Source: Auanema rhodensis
Taxonomy: Eukaryota; Animalia; Nematoda
Direction of reading: 5' to 3'
Length of the DNA: 64,000 nt
NCBI GenBank assembly: GCA_964057225.1
Contig: OZ059898.1
Location: forward strand, 7,812,001-7,876,000
Translations under genes and position numbers: made by a program
Part shown: piece after piece, positions 1 through 12,800 of the stretch
How the letters are laid out: each line of letters begins with the position of its first letter
How positions within the stretch are numbered: position 1 is the stretch's first letter
The notes under the pieces: generated by a model
Databases searched by the model: none
What the model saw: the letters and a program-made list of their open reading frames with translations, nothing else
Told to the model about the DNA's origin: nothing

Positions 1-1561
1 ATATGTGTATAATATTAACATATATAATATAACAAAGAAATATTATTACAAATTATATTTAAGAATTAATCAAAATATCATATCGAAAAAAACATCGTTT
101 CAATTAATTAATTGATTTGTTCAATTGCAGCTGACAAACTACTCGTTTCTATACTACATCCGATAAATCCACATCTTAATTTGCTCATCTTCTACTTCGG
201 TGTTGGAACTTGCACAAATCATTTGTTTGATTATATTTTATGGCATTACTATTGGCATGAAGAATATCAGTATATAAACAGAACGGGAAAACATGTTTTA
301 CCCTTTTGGGTATAAAAAATCTTAAAAGAGCAGAAAAAAACCTTTTTTTTAAACAAATTGAAATGTATTATTAAATAGGGAATCTTTTAGTATGATGCAG
401 ATATAGCTTATTTATTAAGAATCTGCAGTTTTCTATGTTTCTCAATATACTTGATATCATTAGCCAAATAGTCAAAATACAGTGATCTCCGTTTTGTCCA
501 TTTATCTTTTTGCTTTTCATATATGATTGTTCAACAAAATACTTTATTTTGTTTCTTAACTATGGGTATTGTTGTTTTGTTTCTCAAGCTTAAGAATTTA
601 ATAAATATTTTTAAATATTTTAATTTTTTTTTGATTTGATCGTCAAACGTCATGGGTAATTGTCTACAAAGCAATTCGAATAAGGTCAAGGTTTTGTTCT
701 CAACTGTGCGTGGCCTCATGACAATATTCTGACCCTCTTCTATTTTTTGATCACTTTTCTTATATCATAGTGTTCGTTTTAAAAATTTACTAATTTATTT
801 TTATCAATGTATCTCATTTTTAATTAATATTCACTGAGCTTTGCTTTTTTTGTTAAATTAATATGAAGATTCTTGGCATTAAGCTAATCAAGCATTCTTT
901 TTTTCTCTACAATATGATCTTGTATAGATACGTATATATACACAAATAAGATATATATAGTTATCTATTTGTATAATATTGTATAGTTAATCCTTCACTG
1001 AGATCATATTCATTTCATGAAAGTATCTAGAACGATTACATCTGAAATGCAGGTATTCAACAAACCAAAAAAAACTTTTCAAAACTATTGAATCATTTGA
1101 CAAAGAAGTCCCACTCATTGGAAAAATGTGTGTTGGTTTCGCTACTCCATGAAAAATTAATCATCGCCATCGTTGCCTAAGACTGCTTCCGTTTGACGGG
1201 AGTATTACCAAGAATTTGAACCTCGCTTCCTCACCTGAGAGCAATGTGATCAAACTCGTTTGAGAAACACATTTGTGAAAGTAATAGAGTCAATAATTAA
1301 TAAAAAAAATAGATAATTCTAAAAATATTTTGAAAAAAAAACAGTCACGAATAACTTTTTTGAAAACGATCGCAGTTGTTTCTCAAGAACTTAACTCACA
1401 TGGGTTTATGAGATTTTCCCCCAACATAATTAGAGAAAAAATTGTTTCTCCAAAAATGATTTCATATGCTAAGAAATGCCAGATTATATGTTTTCAGAAT
1501 TATGAAATTATGTTATAATAACATTTACACCTTATATTCTTTCTTCCTTATAGGATCGTTG

Positions 1562-4319
1562 ATGATTTGCAAGATTCTAATAGGGCACTTCCTTTTGTTT
1601 GCTTCATTCTGCTTTGCAACTGAACAGCACGATTCAAACCCAGAGTTACAATTACCAAAGTGCACACATATTAATCCATATAAACAGTTAGTTAACTTTA
1701 TTTCATAAAGAAAAAACATTAGTTAAGAAAAAATAAAAATAAAGCAAAATCTTCTTTCCGCAGATATAAAGATTGAAGTTTGATCTTCAATTTTGTGCAC
1801 ATTGAAGCGATAACTAATATTGAAAGATTATATAATTCGAAAATTTAAATTAAAGTATTATATAACTTTGATATATACTTTTGTTTCAGTTTAGAAGATT
1901 GGTTTAATCAAGAAAGTTTAGACAAAAGAAAATGTAATCATACTTCAGGGCCAGAAGTTAACTTAACAGAAGAAGTATGAATATCTTTATTCATGTTTAT
2001 ATTGTACCATTAAGGAAAAAACACATTGGAAGTTCGGCTTGAAAAGTTTTGCCTTCGATGTTCTAGCTAGTGATCGAATAGGCCCCCGTCGTGAATTAGG
2101 ATCACAACGTCATGAATTGTATGTTTTAATTAGACCTGGTTAAGAAGGATTTTTAATATTTCAGATGTTCAAACACATCATTTCAAGCCGAGCTAAGTAC
2201 TTCTGTTATCATAATACATCATAATGAAGCTCTATCTGTTCTTCTTCGTATGTTGATAGGTATAAATTGAAAAACATTTATATTCAGTATTCAGTTTCTT
2301 TTTTCACAGGAATATATGAGAAAACTCCATCTAATATATTAAAAGAAATAATCCTATATGAAGATGCCAGCGAGGTTGAGCATCAACTAACTGAACATCT
2401 GATGAAAAGTAAAGAATATATGGGATGGAAAAATATGATTATCAAAAGAACACCAGAACGACAAGGATTGATTCGAGCCAAGGTAAGTATATCTACAAAT
2501 TTGTACTTAGGACAGGCTATATTCTACAAAATCATACTGTTTTTGGCTCCTCGAGCATTGGCAGATGATGAGAACTTTTATTGAAGTTCAGTATTGTAGA
2601 GATCTAGCAATAACATCTTTATTGGGCTGTTGTTATCTTACGCAAATTACAAAATAGTACCTATTTCCCTCTAACTCAAATCTCTCAAGTCAAATAAGTA
2701 TGTTTTGTAGAATATATAGATTTGTTTCTGAAGAACATTCCCATTGGCTTTTATTACTGTTTGGGAAAAGTACACAACAGGTAAAGTTTTAATAAGCTAA
2801 ACCTACAATGAGGTACAAGATAATTGAGAAGAATAACAAAATAATTTCAATAATGTTTATACCAAAAGTGATGTATTTGTAGAAGATTTTGTATAGTTTT
2901 CCTACGAAACGTGACATAAAGTGCCCTGAGACGCAATTGTATAAGTTCTTGGACGAGAATGATTAGAACACAAATTTTGAAACATCGAACATTTCAGGTG
3001 CATGCATCTCGATTAGCCACAGGGGATGTTATTGTATTCTTGGATAGTCATTGTGAGGTTACTGAAGGATGGCTTCAACCTCTTTTAGCTCCGATTCATG
3101 AAAATCCTAACTCGTAAGATTCAAGATGTTGGTTCAATTAATCGAAATTTTAGTGTTGTTGTTCCAATAGTAGATCTCATCAACCCTATGTCATTTGAGT
3201 ATTCTCAAGCTATGATAGCGAAGAGTGGATTTGATTGGGCTCTTAACTTTCAATGGGTATACCTACCATGGGAATACTGGGCGGAAAAAGAAAATAATGT
3301 AAAACCATTTAAGTAAGTTGTGCGAAATATATTTCATCTAATCTCTATGAATAAAAAAATCAAAAACCCCTTCACATATTGAAGAAGTCATAGATGATAT
3401 TAACAATAATCTCCTTAACTAATCCAAATAAAACAGAATTTTCTCAAGGATTTCTTTTAGCTTGACCAATAATCTTTTTAATACCGAACATCTTAGATCG
3501 CCCTCTATGCCTGGTGGACTTCTTGCTATTCGTCGAGATTATTTCAAGCAACTAGGAGAATATGATGAAGGATTAGAGATCTGGGGTGGTGAAAACGTTG
3601 AGCTCTCTTTGAAGGTACAATAAAAAAATCAGTTTTCCTTTTTATTTTCACTTTAGACTTGGATGTGTGGAGGTCGAGTTCTGATAGCTCCGTGTAGTAG
3701 AGTTGGTCACGTGTTCCGAATGCGTAGGCCATACAAAAGGTGAGTGCTGATCGAAAAGTAAACAATCATACTCATTCTGAAGAGAAACGCAGATAACAGG
3801 AAAGTAACTTCAGAATATCAATAGTAATAAAAAAAAGAAACAATATGCTAACAAAATAATTTTTACATAAATGAGAATAACATTCATGTTGATAAGACAA
3901 GGGTTGAGAAAGCTACATAATAATTCCTAATTAATAATTACACAACCGCATTAATCATTAATTTTTGTTCTTCATATTTAATGATACGATGTAGACCCAA
4001 GAAAAGCAACAAGGAAATGAATCGTTTTCAGCAAACCTGGAATGGACACAAATCTTTTCAATTCACTTAGAGTAGCCAGGGCTTGGCTTGATGATTACGA
4101 GGTGTAGCATACTACTCTCAAACGCTAATAACCACTTTCCTACAGAAATATTTCATAAGAGCAAGGCCGCATGCTGCTCGACTCGATTCTGGAGATTTGA
4201 GTTACGCTAAGAAAATAAAAGAAACATTGAACTGTAAGAATATGAAGTGGTACGTGGAAAATGTATATCCGGATATTACACCAAATGATTGGAACGAGGA
4301 CAAAAAAGATGAATTATAG
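1562..4319 (+). CDS. gly-8: Polypeptide N-acetylgalactosaminyltransferase lacking the ricin lectin domain and ending in KDEL (multi-exon)
   Basis: Spliced exons give [33 protein letters not shown] (DxH), [19 protein letters not shown] and CSRVGHVFR; the protein ends NEDKKDEL* (TAG 4317-4319) with no lectin domain. Start inferred from the hydrophobic N-terminus [19 protein letters not shown]. Confidence 0.85.
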
Positions 4320-4537
4320 ATTTTTCATGATTTTTAAAGTTTTAAATATAGTCTTGTTCAATTTCAAATAAATATTAAAGCTCATCCGTCCTTACCAAAT
4401 GGAAATTCTGTTGCGTGTCTCTTGCGCACGCTAACCCGAAAAAGTGCAAATATATGTTTGAATTCGCGCCAAGGCCTGATAGGCAGGCGAGTCGATGACA
4501 TCACTTTTCCCAAGCTTTGAACCATTTCTGGTAAGCG

Positions 4538-4545
4538 TGACGTCA
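4538..4545. promoter_or_regulatory. Perfect palindromic cAMP response element (TGACGTCA) upstream of the CREB gene
   Basis: Exact TGACGTCA about 330 bp upstream of the crh-1 ATG; CRE-like TGACATCA at 4496-4503. Confidence 0.5.
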
Positions 4546-4874
4546 TTAATTCGCATTTTTTCATATTTTTATTGTAATGTTACATTACGCGTTGCTAGCT
4601 ATAATGTCTGCACTCCCCATCGCCATTTTGCGCTTTGCCTCCTCGGCTATTGATTTTCTTGCGCCACTTCACTGCATACAGATGGATAATTTTTGGTATT
4701 TTAATATGATAACGAGTTGCAAGCGTTTGTTGACTTTTTTCTTTTTATTAAAGCCTTTTTTTGTTGCAAATATACGCTTCTTTCCGTCATATAATTTTTC
4801 TTTACTTTTAGTGCTTCGCACCCTGAGACCTGGCGCATGTTTAGTGAAATTAGTTATCGTGAGCGCCAGAAGTG

Positions 4875-7800
4875 ATGTCCAATCCAGCAACAAATGGTCA
4901 TGTAAGTTTCATTTATACCTTCGTTATTATTATTTTTTGTTTTTTTTCGATCTCGTAAGTGTTATATATAAATAATAACTTGAAGTCAACTTTTTTTGTC
5001 ATCTCTTTACATTCCCTTGAAGTTTTCTATTCCCATCAATGTTTAAATAATGTTTCTACATATTTTTTGAGCATGCTTATTATGTTTTGTGATTAATATG
5101 CATTCACTGTGGTGTAATATTGATTTTCTAATGAAAATTGATAGAATTTATAATAATGCAGCTTTACATACTTAATCCTGTTCATGAAAAGCCAAGAGAA
5201 TTGATTTCGCCTGCCCAGATTAATCTTTTTACATCAAGTTTTATTCAAATTTTCGACTATTTCGTGGCACGTGAGCTTTCACATCCGCTCCTAGAGTCGA
5301 GTACTTCAGTAGGCTTTACATATCCACTAGGTTGAAACTCTGAAGCTACGCTTAGGTAACCTTTGGGATTCATATCTTGTTTATTCTTTATTGATACCAC
5401 TATTTTTGTATTATATTCCTTTCTTTTGATCAATAGGATTTCATCAGCTTGATTGGTATTTCTACTTATCTGCCTAATTTTACTAATCCGAAACAGCTTA
5501 TCTATCACGTTTATCCCTCTCTCTCTCATATTTTCTGTTTTCAAATAGAGTATTTCTATCACTAAATGGTGTTGATTTTCAAGGTTTGTGTCTGAAAGTG
5601 TTTGTTTTTACTTTATTATTTTTTAAAATTAATGTTTTTTCTTTTAAGACAATGACCGGTGAGGAGGTGATATCTGAAGATGAAGCCAGGAAAAGAAGAG
5701 AACAACTTAATAGGCGGCCCAGTTACCGGTTAGTTTTTAGTTTTTTTTTTTAATTTCATAAATTTGGAGTTATTTCTTATGTTCTAAGTACTCTCAAGTT
5801 ATTCTTCTTTGCGCGAATTTCTATTAAAAGCAGATTCGCACAAATTGTTGAGCACCTTGCAGCTGATTCCTATAGCTTTTATTATTTATCTCACAAAGAG
5901 TATTTTTTCCAAAAGTGGTTTTTCGATTTCTTTATAATAATTTTCTCACTCTTTTCTTGTCTTTGCAAGTAGAGGATATGAGCTGTTTCCCCAGCAACCA
6001 ATTCATGCCTCACACAATCAAGGGATTTCAGATACAAAGATATTAAAAGTTGAAGATAATGGAATTTGAAATGATGTAAGGGTTTTTGAATTTAAAAAAT
6101 CTGACATCGTAAAATAAATTTTGTCATCAACATGAACATCTGTTTCATCACTGTTTTACTCATTAGAGTGCTTTAGGTTTGTGATTCGGGAAGTACGGTT
6201 GAAAAGAAATAACTATATATTTTCTTTTGCACTTTTACTCGGGGGTTACAAGGAAATTCTTCCGACTTTCTAAATCTCACATGCTCTCATAGCCGCTAAA
6301 AAAGCAGCAAAGAAAAGTTGCAATTTGTTTGAAGCATATGTGGTTGGCTTATAATTTATCATTTGATTATTTTATTTCCCTTGACACTCATAATGTGCCC
6401 ATCTTGACATCGTCCATTTATAATGCACATACATTGACTAAAAATGAAATTTCTGTGGTCTCTCAGTTTTTTGTACATATATAAGTATCACTAATTAATA
6501 TGTCTTCCGTGAGAGTGTTATAGTGATTACTTTCGCCCTCGGGCCATGTTGGCAAGCTTTGTGCCTGGTAACAACTTGGGCGTGGTGAGGTGGGGGTGGG
6601 AGGCGTTTCTTTCAGTGCATAACATCCACCCTCACTTTGATTCATTCTATGAAACTTAGATTAAATAGATTCAAGCTTTTGCGTTGATCATATAATCTGA
6701 GAATAACCGGAAGAATCTTTATTTTGATTATTCGATATTTTTCTAAATCGATGTTGATTACTAAGAACTATGTTTCGTCATAACTCAAAAGTTTTATTCT
6801 GGGCTTAAGGGTTTTTCCCACTCCTAAGTTCGACGTATTCGTTCTTCTTGCATTTTCGTTGATGTCGCTCTGCTAAACCATTCAATTTTAAACTTACTTT
6901 TCCATATTTGATCCACCACTGGAGAGTATGTAGTTGCTTCAATAAGTTTTTTAAATTAAATTAATTTTGCATTTTGTTTTCAAATCTGGTGTGTTTCATA
7001 AGTTTTTTAGACAATTAACAATATGCTTTTCCCAGTTTTTAAGTTTGACATTTTATCGTATTTAATCCATGTCGGATATGTTATTGTTTCTCTTGAAAGA
7101 TTTTGTCTCTATAGGTAATAATATTCAAGACGGGGTGTTAAGTAAAATTATCGGATATGGACGCTTGCAGTTTTTACGGATTTCTTTCAAATTATCATAA
7201 TAATTCCCAATATTATGTTGTTCCTCATCCATACGTGCAAAGGTGATTAACTGTGTTTACTAGGACATGTTAGAAAAATAAAACATAAAATAAAAAATTT
7301 TCAGCTTATTAATTTAGTATTGATATATATATATATATATATATTTTTTTTTTAGCATGATTTTAAAAGATATCGAAACTGTTGATAAAGTCCTTAAAAA
7401 GGAACCTGATGAAACACCTCCTTCTTCCGTTGAAGCTTCTCCACTACAGGTAAAGCTTGTGCTATTTTTTCCCTATTATGCGTTTAATTTGAGGTTCACA
7501 TTCCCCAAACTCAAGCTTCCGCTCGAATGCCTTCTGGTCCGCCATCATATTCTTCGCCGCTCTCAGGTGAATATTAAATTTTTAATTTGTTAATTTTATC
7601 GTCATTCAAGTATTAGAATCGATTTCCCTGAACATCATACAAAGTTTTCTATTGATCCAAGTACTTTTGTAGGAAACCTCTTATCATCGGGTTCTTTGAC
7701 GTCTTCCCTGCAGCTGAACGGTGATCTGGGTCACTTACCGGGACTGGATTTTGTGGCGGCAGTTGCTGCAGCCACGTCGTCTCATCAGCAACCCACACCG

Positions 7801-8348
7801 GTATCAGGCCAGCCAGGTAATTTTTAAAAGTATTATTCTTATTATACTAAAGTGATTAAGGTGGCTCGGCGGTGCTAATGGGTTCAGACGGGCATCTAAA
7901 GTCAATGAGTATGGACGGGTCTTTTTCTGCTGGTTAGTCTTCAGCATCCTCTTTAGTTATCATATCTTAATTAAAGATTGGAGTTCGCCTCTGCTTTCTG
8001 GCTATAGTAGCTCGCCATCTCCTACACTAGCCACAGGCAATCGCATAGGTCAGGGTGAAGATGAAAGTACCCGGAAGCGACAGGTATAACATTTATTCAA
8101 CGGCCTTTTTCCTATAATTATTTGCAGGTTCGTTTATTGAAGAATAGGGAGGCAGCTAAAGAATGTCGACGGAAAAAGAAGGTTTGATTATTTCTTTATA
8201 TATCGTTAAAATTGTCGATTATTTATAGGAATATGTAAAGTGCTTGGAAAATAGAGTGGCAGTTTTGGAAAATCAAAATAAAGCTCTGATTGAAGAGTTA
8301 AAAACTCTAAAAGAGCTATATTGTCGAAAAGAGAAAAACGACATGTGA
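4875..8348 (+). CDS. crh-1: CREB family bZIP transcription factor (multi-exon)
   Basis: KID motif REQLNRRPSYRMIL; bZIP RKRQVRLLKNREAAKECRRKKKEYVKCLENRVAVLENQNKALIEELKTLKELYC; stop TGA 8346-8348. First exon MSNPATNGH inferred from splice phase. Confidence 0.9.
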
Positions 8349-9388
8349 AATTAAGGCAAATTTCTGTGACTTACCCATGCACCTTTACGGTTCGTATCCT
8401 TCTTATCTATGACATTAATCTAGTTTCAAGAAAATTTACTTTGAAACATTAATTCTGACTTCAATTTATCATTTTCAATTACGTTGTAACTTCCATTGTG
8501 GCTAGTTTCGTTAATAATTGGATCTAACATATATCATTAATGTTATATTCAGATGGCTTGTATTTTGTTTAGTTTGATTAGAATTGTTTATGTTTTCATG
8601 TTATTGGTGAGACCACTATCTCGTGGATCTCTGGCTTTTCTTTCACCAATTTTGAGACAGGATTTCTCAATTTTGATAGTTCTTCTCAAGATTTCTAAAA
8701 TAACATATTCCAGAGAACATCAGTATGTGGTTTTAAAAATAAAATATTGTGATATATCATTTTAACGGTAACCTTTAGTACCGTCATCCAATTTCAGGAG
8801 TTGAATTTTACCTTGCTTCATTGTATGTTTTCTTCGCCATTTTATGCTTTTATAGTTTTGTGAAACAAACCATTCACCTTCATACAATCGTATAGTTAAA
8901 AACATCTTGATTTTATACTTTATATTCTTTCAAGAGTTCATATATCTACCTAATAAAGAATTTTTTTACAATCTGCATACATACAAATGTTCCTGATATT
9001 CAGTATGATTAGAGATATCATGATTCGTAGTGTATTGATATTTCCATAACAAAGTTATCTTCGAACTCAATTAGTATCTATCTTTATCGATAATTGACGT
9101 TCGTTGACCCATGCGTGCAATTTCATTTTCAAATCAATGCCGAACTAGGACGGTTGTGTTTCCATTCCTAACATTATATACTTGATAATTATTCTCTAAA
9201 CAGAAGACACTTTAAAATGTTACATGGTTAATTTTCGTAACAAAAATTAATATCAAAAGTAGACATAAATATAGTATTTTAAATGATTATCAACACGATT
9301 GCGTATTAAATAACTAGACTTTCAAACATATGGTAGCCAAATTAATCAATTGTTTCCAGCCTAATCAAACTTATAAACCCATATACGA

Positions 9389-9475
9389 CTAGGCAAGGTT
9401 GTCTTTATTCGGTAGGCTAACCCTGTTAGAGTGGTTGAATTTTTGACGTATACGCCGTGTTTGAAAGGCGCATAT
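9389..9475 (+). ncRNA. Candidate Sm-class small nuclear RNA (SmY-like)
   Basis: Sm site AATTTTTG (9438-9445) between a 5' hairpin and a 3' stem GTATACGCC/GGCGCATAT with a GTGTTTGAAA loop, in a GC-richer intergenic island. Ends approximate. Confidence 0.35.
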
Positions 9476-9857
9476 TTGGTGTTGGAAAACTGCCAACCCT
9501 TCTGAATTCGTCGATTTCTGTTGTGTGCTCCGACGCGTGGGTATTAAATATCGGCCGAAATAAAGCTTTCACATCGAAACTTCAATTCTACCAGTAAAGG
9601 GTTCCCCCAAGAAGGTACAAGCAAAATTCATGTCTTTCTTCAAGATTTATTGTCGTTTCCTCTGTATTGACTTTCGGTCAACGCTTTCATACACTGACGA
9701 ATTTGCTGCATTTCTTGGCATTACTTGTAACACCATTTTTTTCCCTACGATCTTAAATTTTTAAACTATCGTTTAATTCAATTTATTCATCATTATACTA
9801 ATAATTAAATTTCTTATTGTAACTATTTAGGTATAGTTTGAATTAAAATAATCAGTC

Positions 9858-12800
9858 ATGACGGACTCGAAATATTTCACCACCACCAAAAAAGGTGAGA
9901 TCATTGATGCATCGTTTAATGAAGAAATATATAATTTATTTTATTTAGGTGAAATATTTGAGTTGAAAACAGAGCTTAATTCTGATAAAAAGGAAAAGAA
10001 ACGAGAAGCTGTTAAAAAAGTAATTGCAAGCATGACTGTTGGTAAAGATGTCAGGTAATTTGCCTAATATACAGTTTTTTTTATTAAATTGTAAATTATT
10101 TAGTGCGTTGTTTCCGGATGTGGTTAACTGCATGCAAACTGATAATGTTGAGCTTAAGAAATTAGTCTATTTGTATTTAATGAATTACGCCAAAAGTCAA
10201 CCCGATTTGGCCATCATGGCAGTGAACACATTTGTTAAAGTAAATAGTTTTATAAACATATAGTTTAAACATACTTTATATTTCTAGGATTGTGAAGATC
10301 CGAACCCTTTGATAAGAGCTTTAGCTGTGCGTACTATGGGCTGCATCAGAGTTGATAAGATTACTGAACATTTGTGTGAACCATTAAGAAGATGCATGAA
10401 GGTAAACATTTAGATTATGTTTTGTTAATCTTAATATACTTAAGGATACTGATCCTTATGTACGAAAGACTGCTGCAGTTTGTGTTGCAAAGTTGCATGA
10501 TATGAATCCAACACTAGTTGAAGAGCAAGGCTTCCACGAGCTTCTAAACGATTTACTTTCGGATGCCAACCCAATGGTTGTTGCGAATGCAGTTGCTGCT
10601 CTTTCCGAGATTAATGAACAAAGACCTATTATTGAGGTAAGTATCAAATTCATACCTTTGTGATATAAGCTTACAAATGTTTTAGGTAAACAGCCAAATG
10701 GTCAATAAGCTTCTTACGGCTCTAAATGAATGCACTGAATGGGGCCAAGTTTTTATTCTCGATGCTCTGGCTGATTACAGACCAAAGGATGAGCGTGAAG
10801 CACAAAATATATGTGAAAGAATATCTCCTAGATTGGCTCATGCGAATGCTGCTGTTGTTCTTTCTACTGTCAAAGTAAAACAAATTTTTATTTATTTATT
10901 CTAGAAAACTTTATGATGTTAATTTTAGGTTCTGATGAAATTGGTTGATCTTCTTCCTGCTGATTCTGATTTCATTAATCAATTAACTAAAAAACTTGCT
11001 CCACCAATGGTATCTTCAATATTTCTAGTTATATAAACAACCATAATGTTATTTAAGGTTACTTTGTTATCAGCCGAACCAGAAATTCAATATGTAGCTC
11101 TAAGAAACATCAATCTGATTGTACAGAAGAGGCCTGAAATACTTAAACAGGAAATGAAGGTTAGAACGGTTAATTTATTATTATAATATGACTTCTTTAA
11201 TAGGTTTTCTTTGTTAAATACAATGATCCCATCTATGTAAAAATGGAAAAATTGGACATTATGATTCGTCTAGCTCAACAAAGTAATATTGCTCAAGTGC
11301 TCAGTGAGCTTAAGGAGTATGCCACCGAAGTTGATGTTGACTTCGTTAGGAAATCAGTTCGAGCTATAGGAAGGTGCGCAATCAAGGTTTGTATTTTTAT
11401 TTAAAACGTGCTTTTATATTTTTACAATTTAAGGTGGAACAAAGTAGTGAACGATGCGTGGCCACTTTGTTGGAGCTCATTCAAACTAAAGTTAATTATG
11501 TTGTCCAAGAGGCTGTTGTTGTTATAAAAGATATCTTCCGCAAATATCCTAATCGATATGAGAGTATTATTTCAACTCTTTGTGAGGTTCATTCGCACAT
11601 TTAAAATCATTTGGAAATTAACTTTGTTAAGAATTTGGACACTCTTGATGAACCAGAAGCAAGAGCTTCCATGATCTGGATAATCGGAGAATATGCGGAA
11701 CGCATTGACAATGCCGATGAATTATTGGAAAGTTTTGTTGAAGGCTTCCATGATGAAAACACCCAGGTACCTCATATCTTTTTGCATCTCTCACAAAGCA
11801 CTTTAGGTTCAATTGCAACTATTGACGGCTGTTGTTAAGCTCTTTTTGAAGAGACCAGCTGATACTCAACAAATTGTTCAACGTGTTCTGTCTCTGGCCA
11901 CCCAAGACAGTGATAATCCAGATTTGAGAGACAGAGGGTTCCATTTTTTTAAGTTTTCATTTTATTAATGCTTACTTCAGATACATCTATTGGAGACTTC
12001 TTTCCGCTGATCCAGCGGCAGCTAAGCAAGTCGTTCTTGCTGAGAAGCCTCTAATTTCAGAAGAAACCGATTTGCTTGAACCTTCACTTCTTGATCAACT
12101 TGTTTGCCACATTGGTAGCCTTGCATCTGTTTATCACAAGCCACCTTCTTCCTTCATTGACACTACTCGTCAACCATTACGACAAGCTGGCATTCCTCTC
12201 AAGTTTTATTTTATTGTGTACCTATTATTCACTTTTTTTGTTGCAGTGGATCTCTTTCAAATGATGGTTCTGGTTCGAATCAAACTGTACCAGCTGCTCC
12301 AACAGTTATTCCTTCACAAGACAATGTTATCGCTGATCTTCTCTCTCTTGATCTTGGAGCTCCAATGGGTGGCAATCAAACTTCATGTACTTCAACATTA
12401 GTGCAAGCATGCACGATATAATACTTATACTTTTCAGCATTCGACACCGCTGCACCTGCTGTAAGTGGTCTCGATGATTTACTTGGCCTTGGATCTTCAT
12501 CTATCCAAACAACAACACCGGCTCCTATGTCTGTAGCTTCTATGGATCCACTGGCAAGTCTTGGACTTGGTGGGCCTGTAGCCACACCACCTGTTTCAGC
12601 ACCGGCGCCAGCTGCATCATTCGGTATCTCTTCAACTGTGAACATATTAAGAACTTTAAATTCAGGTGGATTATCTGACTTGTTTGGTGGACTCAACGTT
12701 GGGCAAGCACAAGGTTATCAGTTCCCTAAGCAATTGTGGCTTGATGCTTCCAAAGCGAAGGGGCTACAAGTGGATGGTACTTGGTACCGAAAAGGAGGAA

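Noticed and set aside
112-1330. Short ORFs and exon-like patches at the window start
   Set aside because: No recognisable motif or consistent splice chain; cannot be called.
7323-7355. (TA)n microsatellites here and near 16763
   Set aside because: Ordinary intronic simple repeats.
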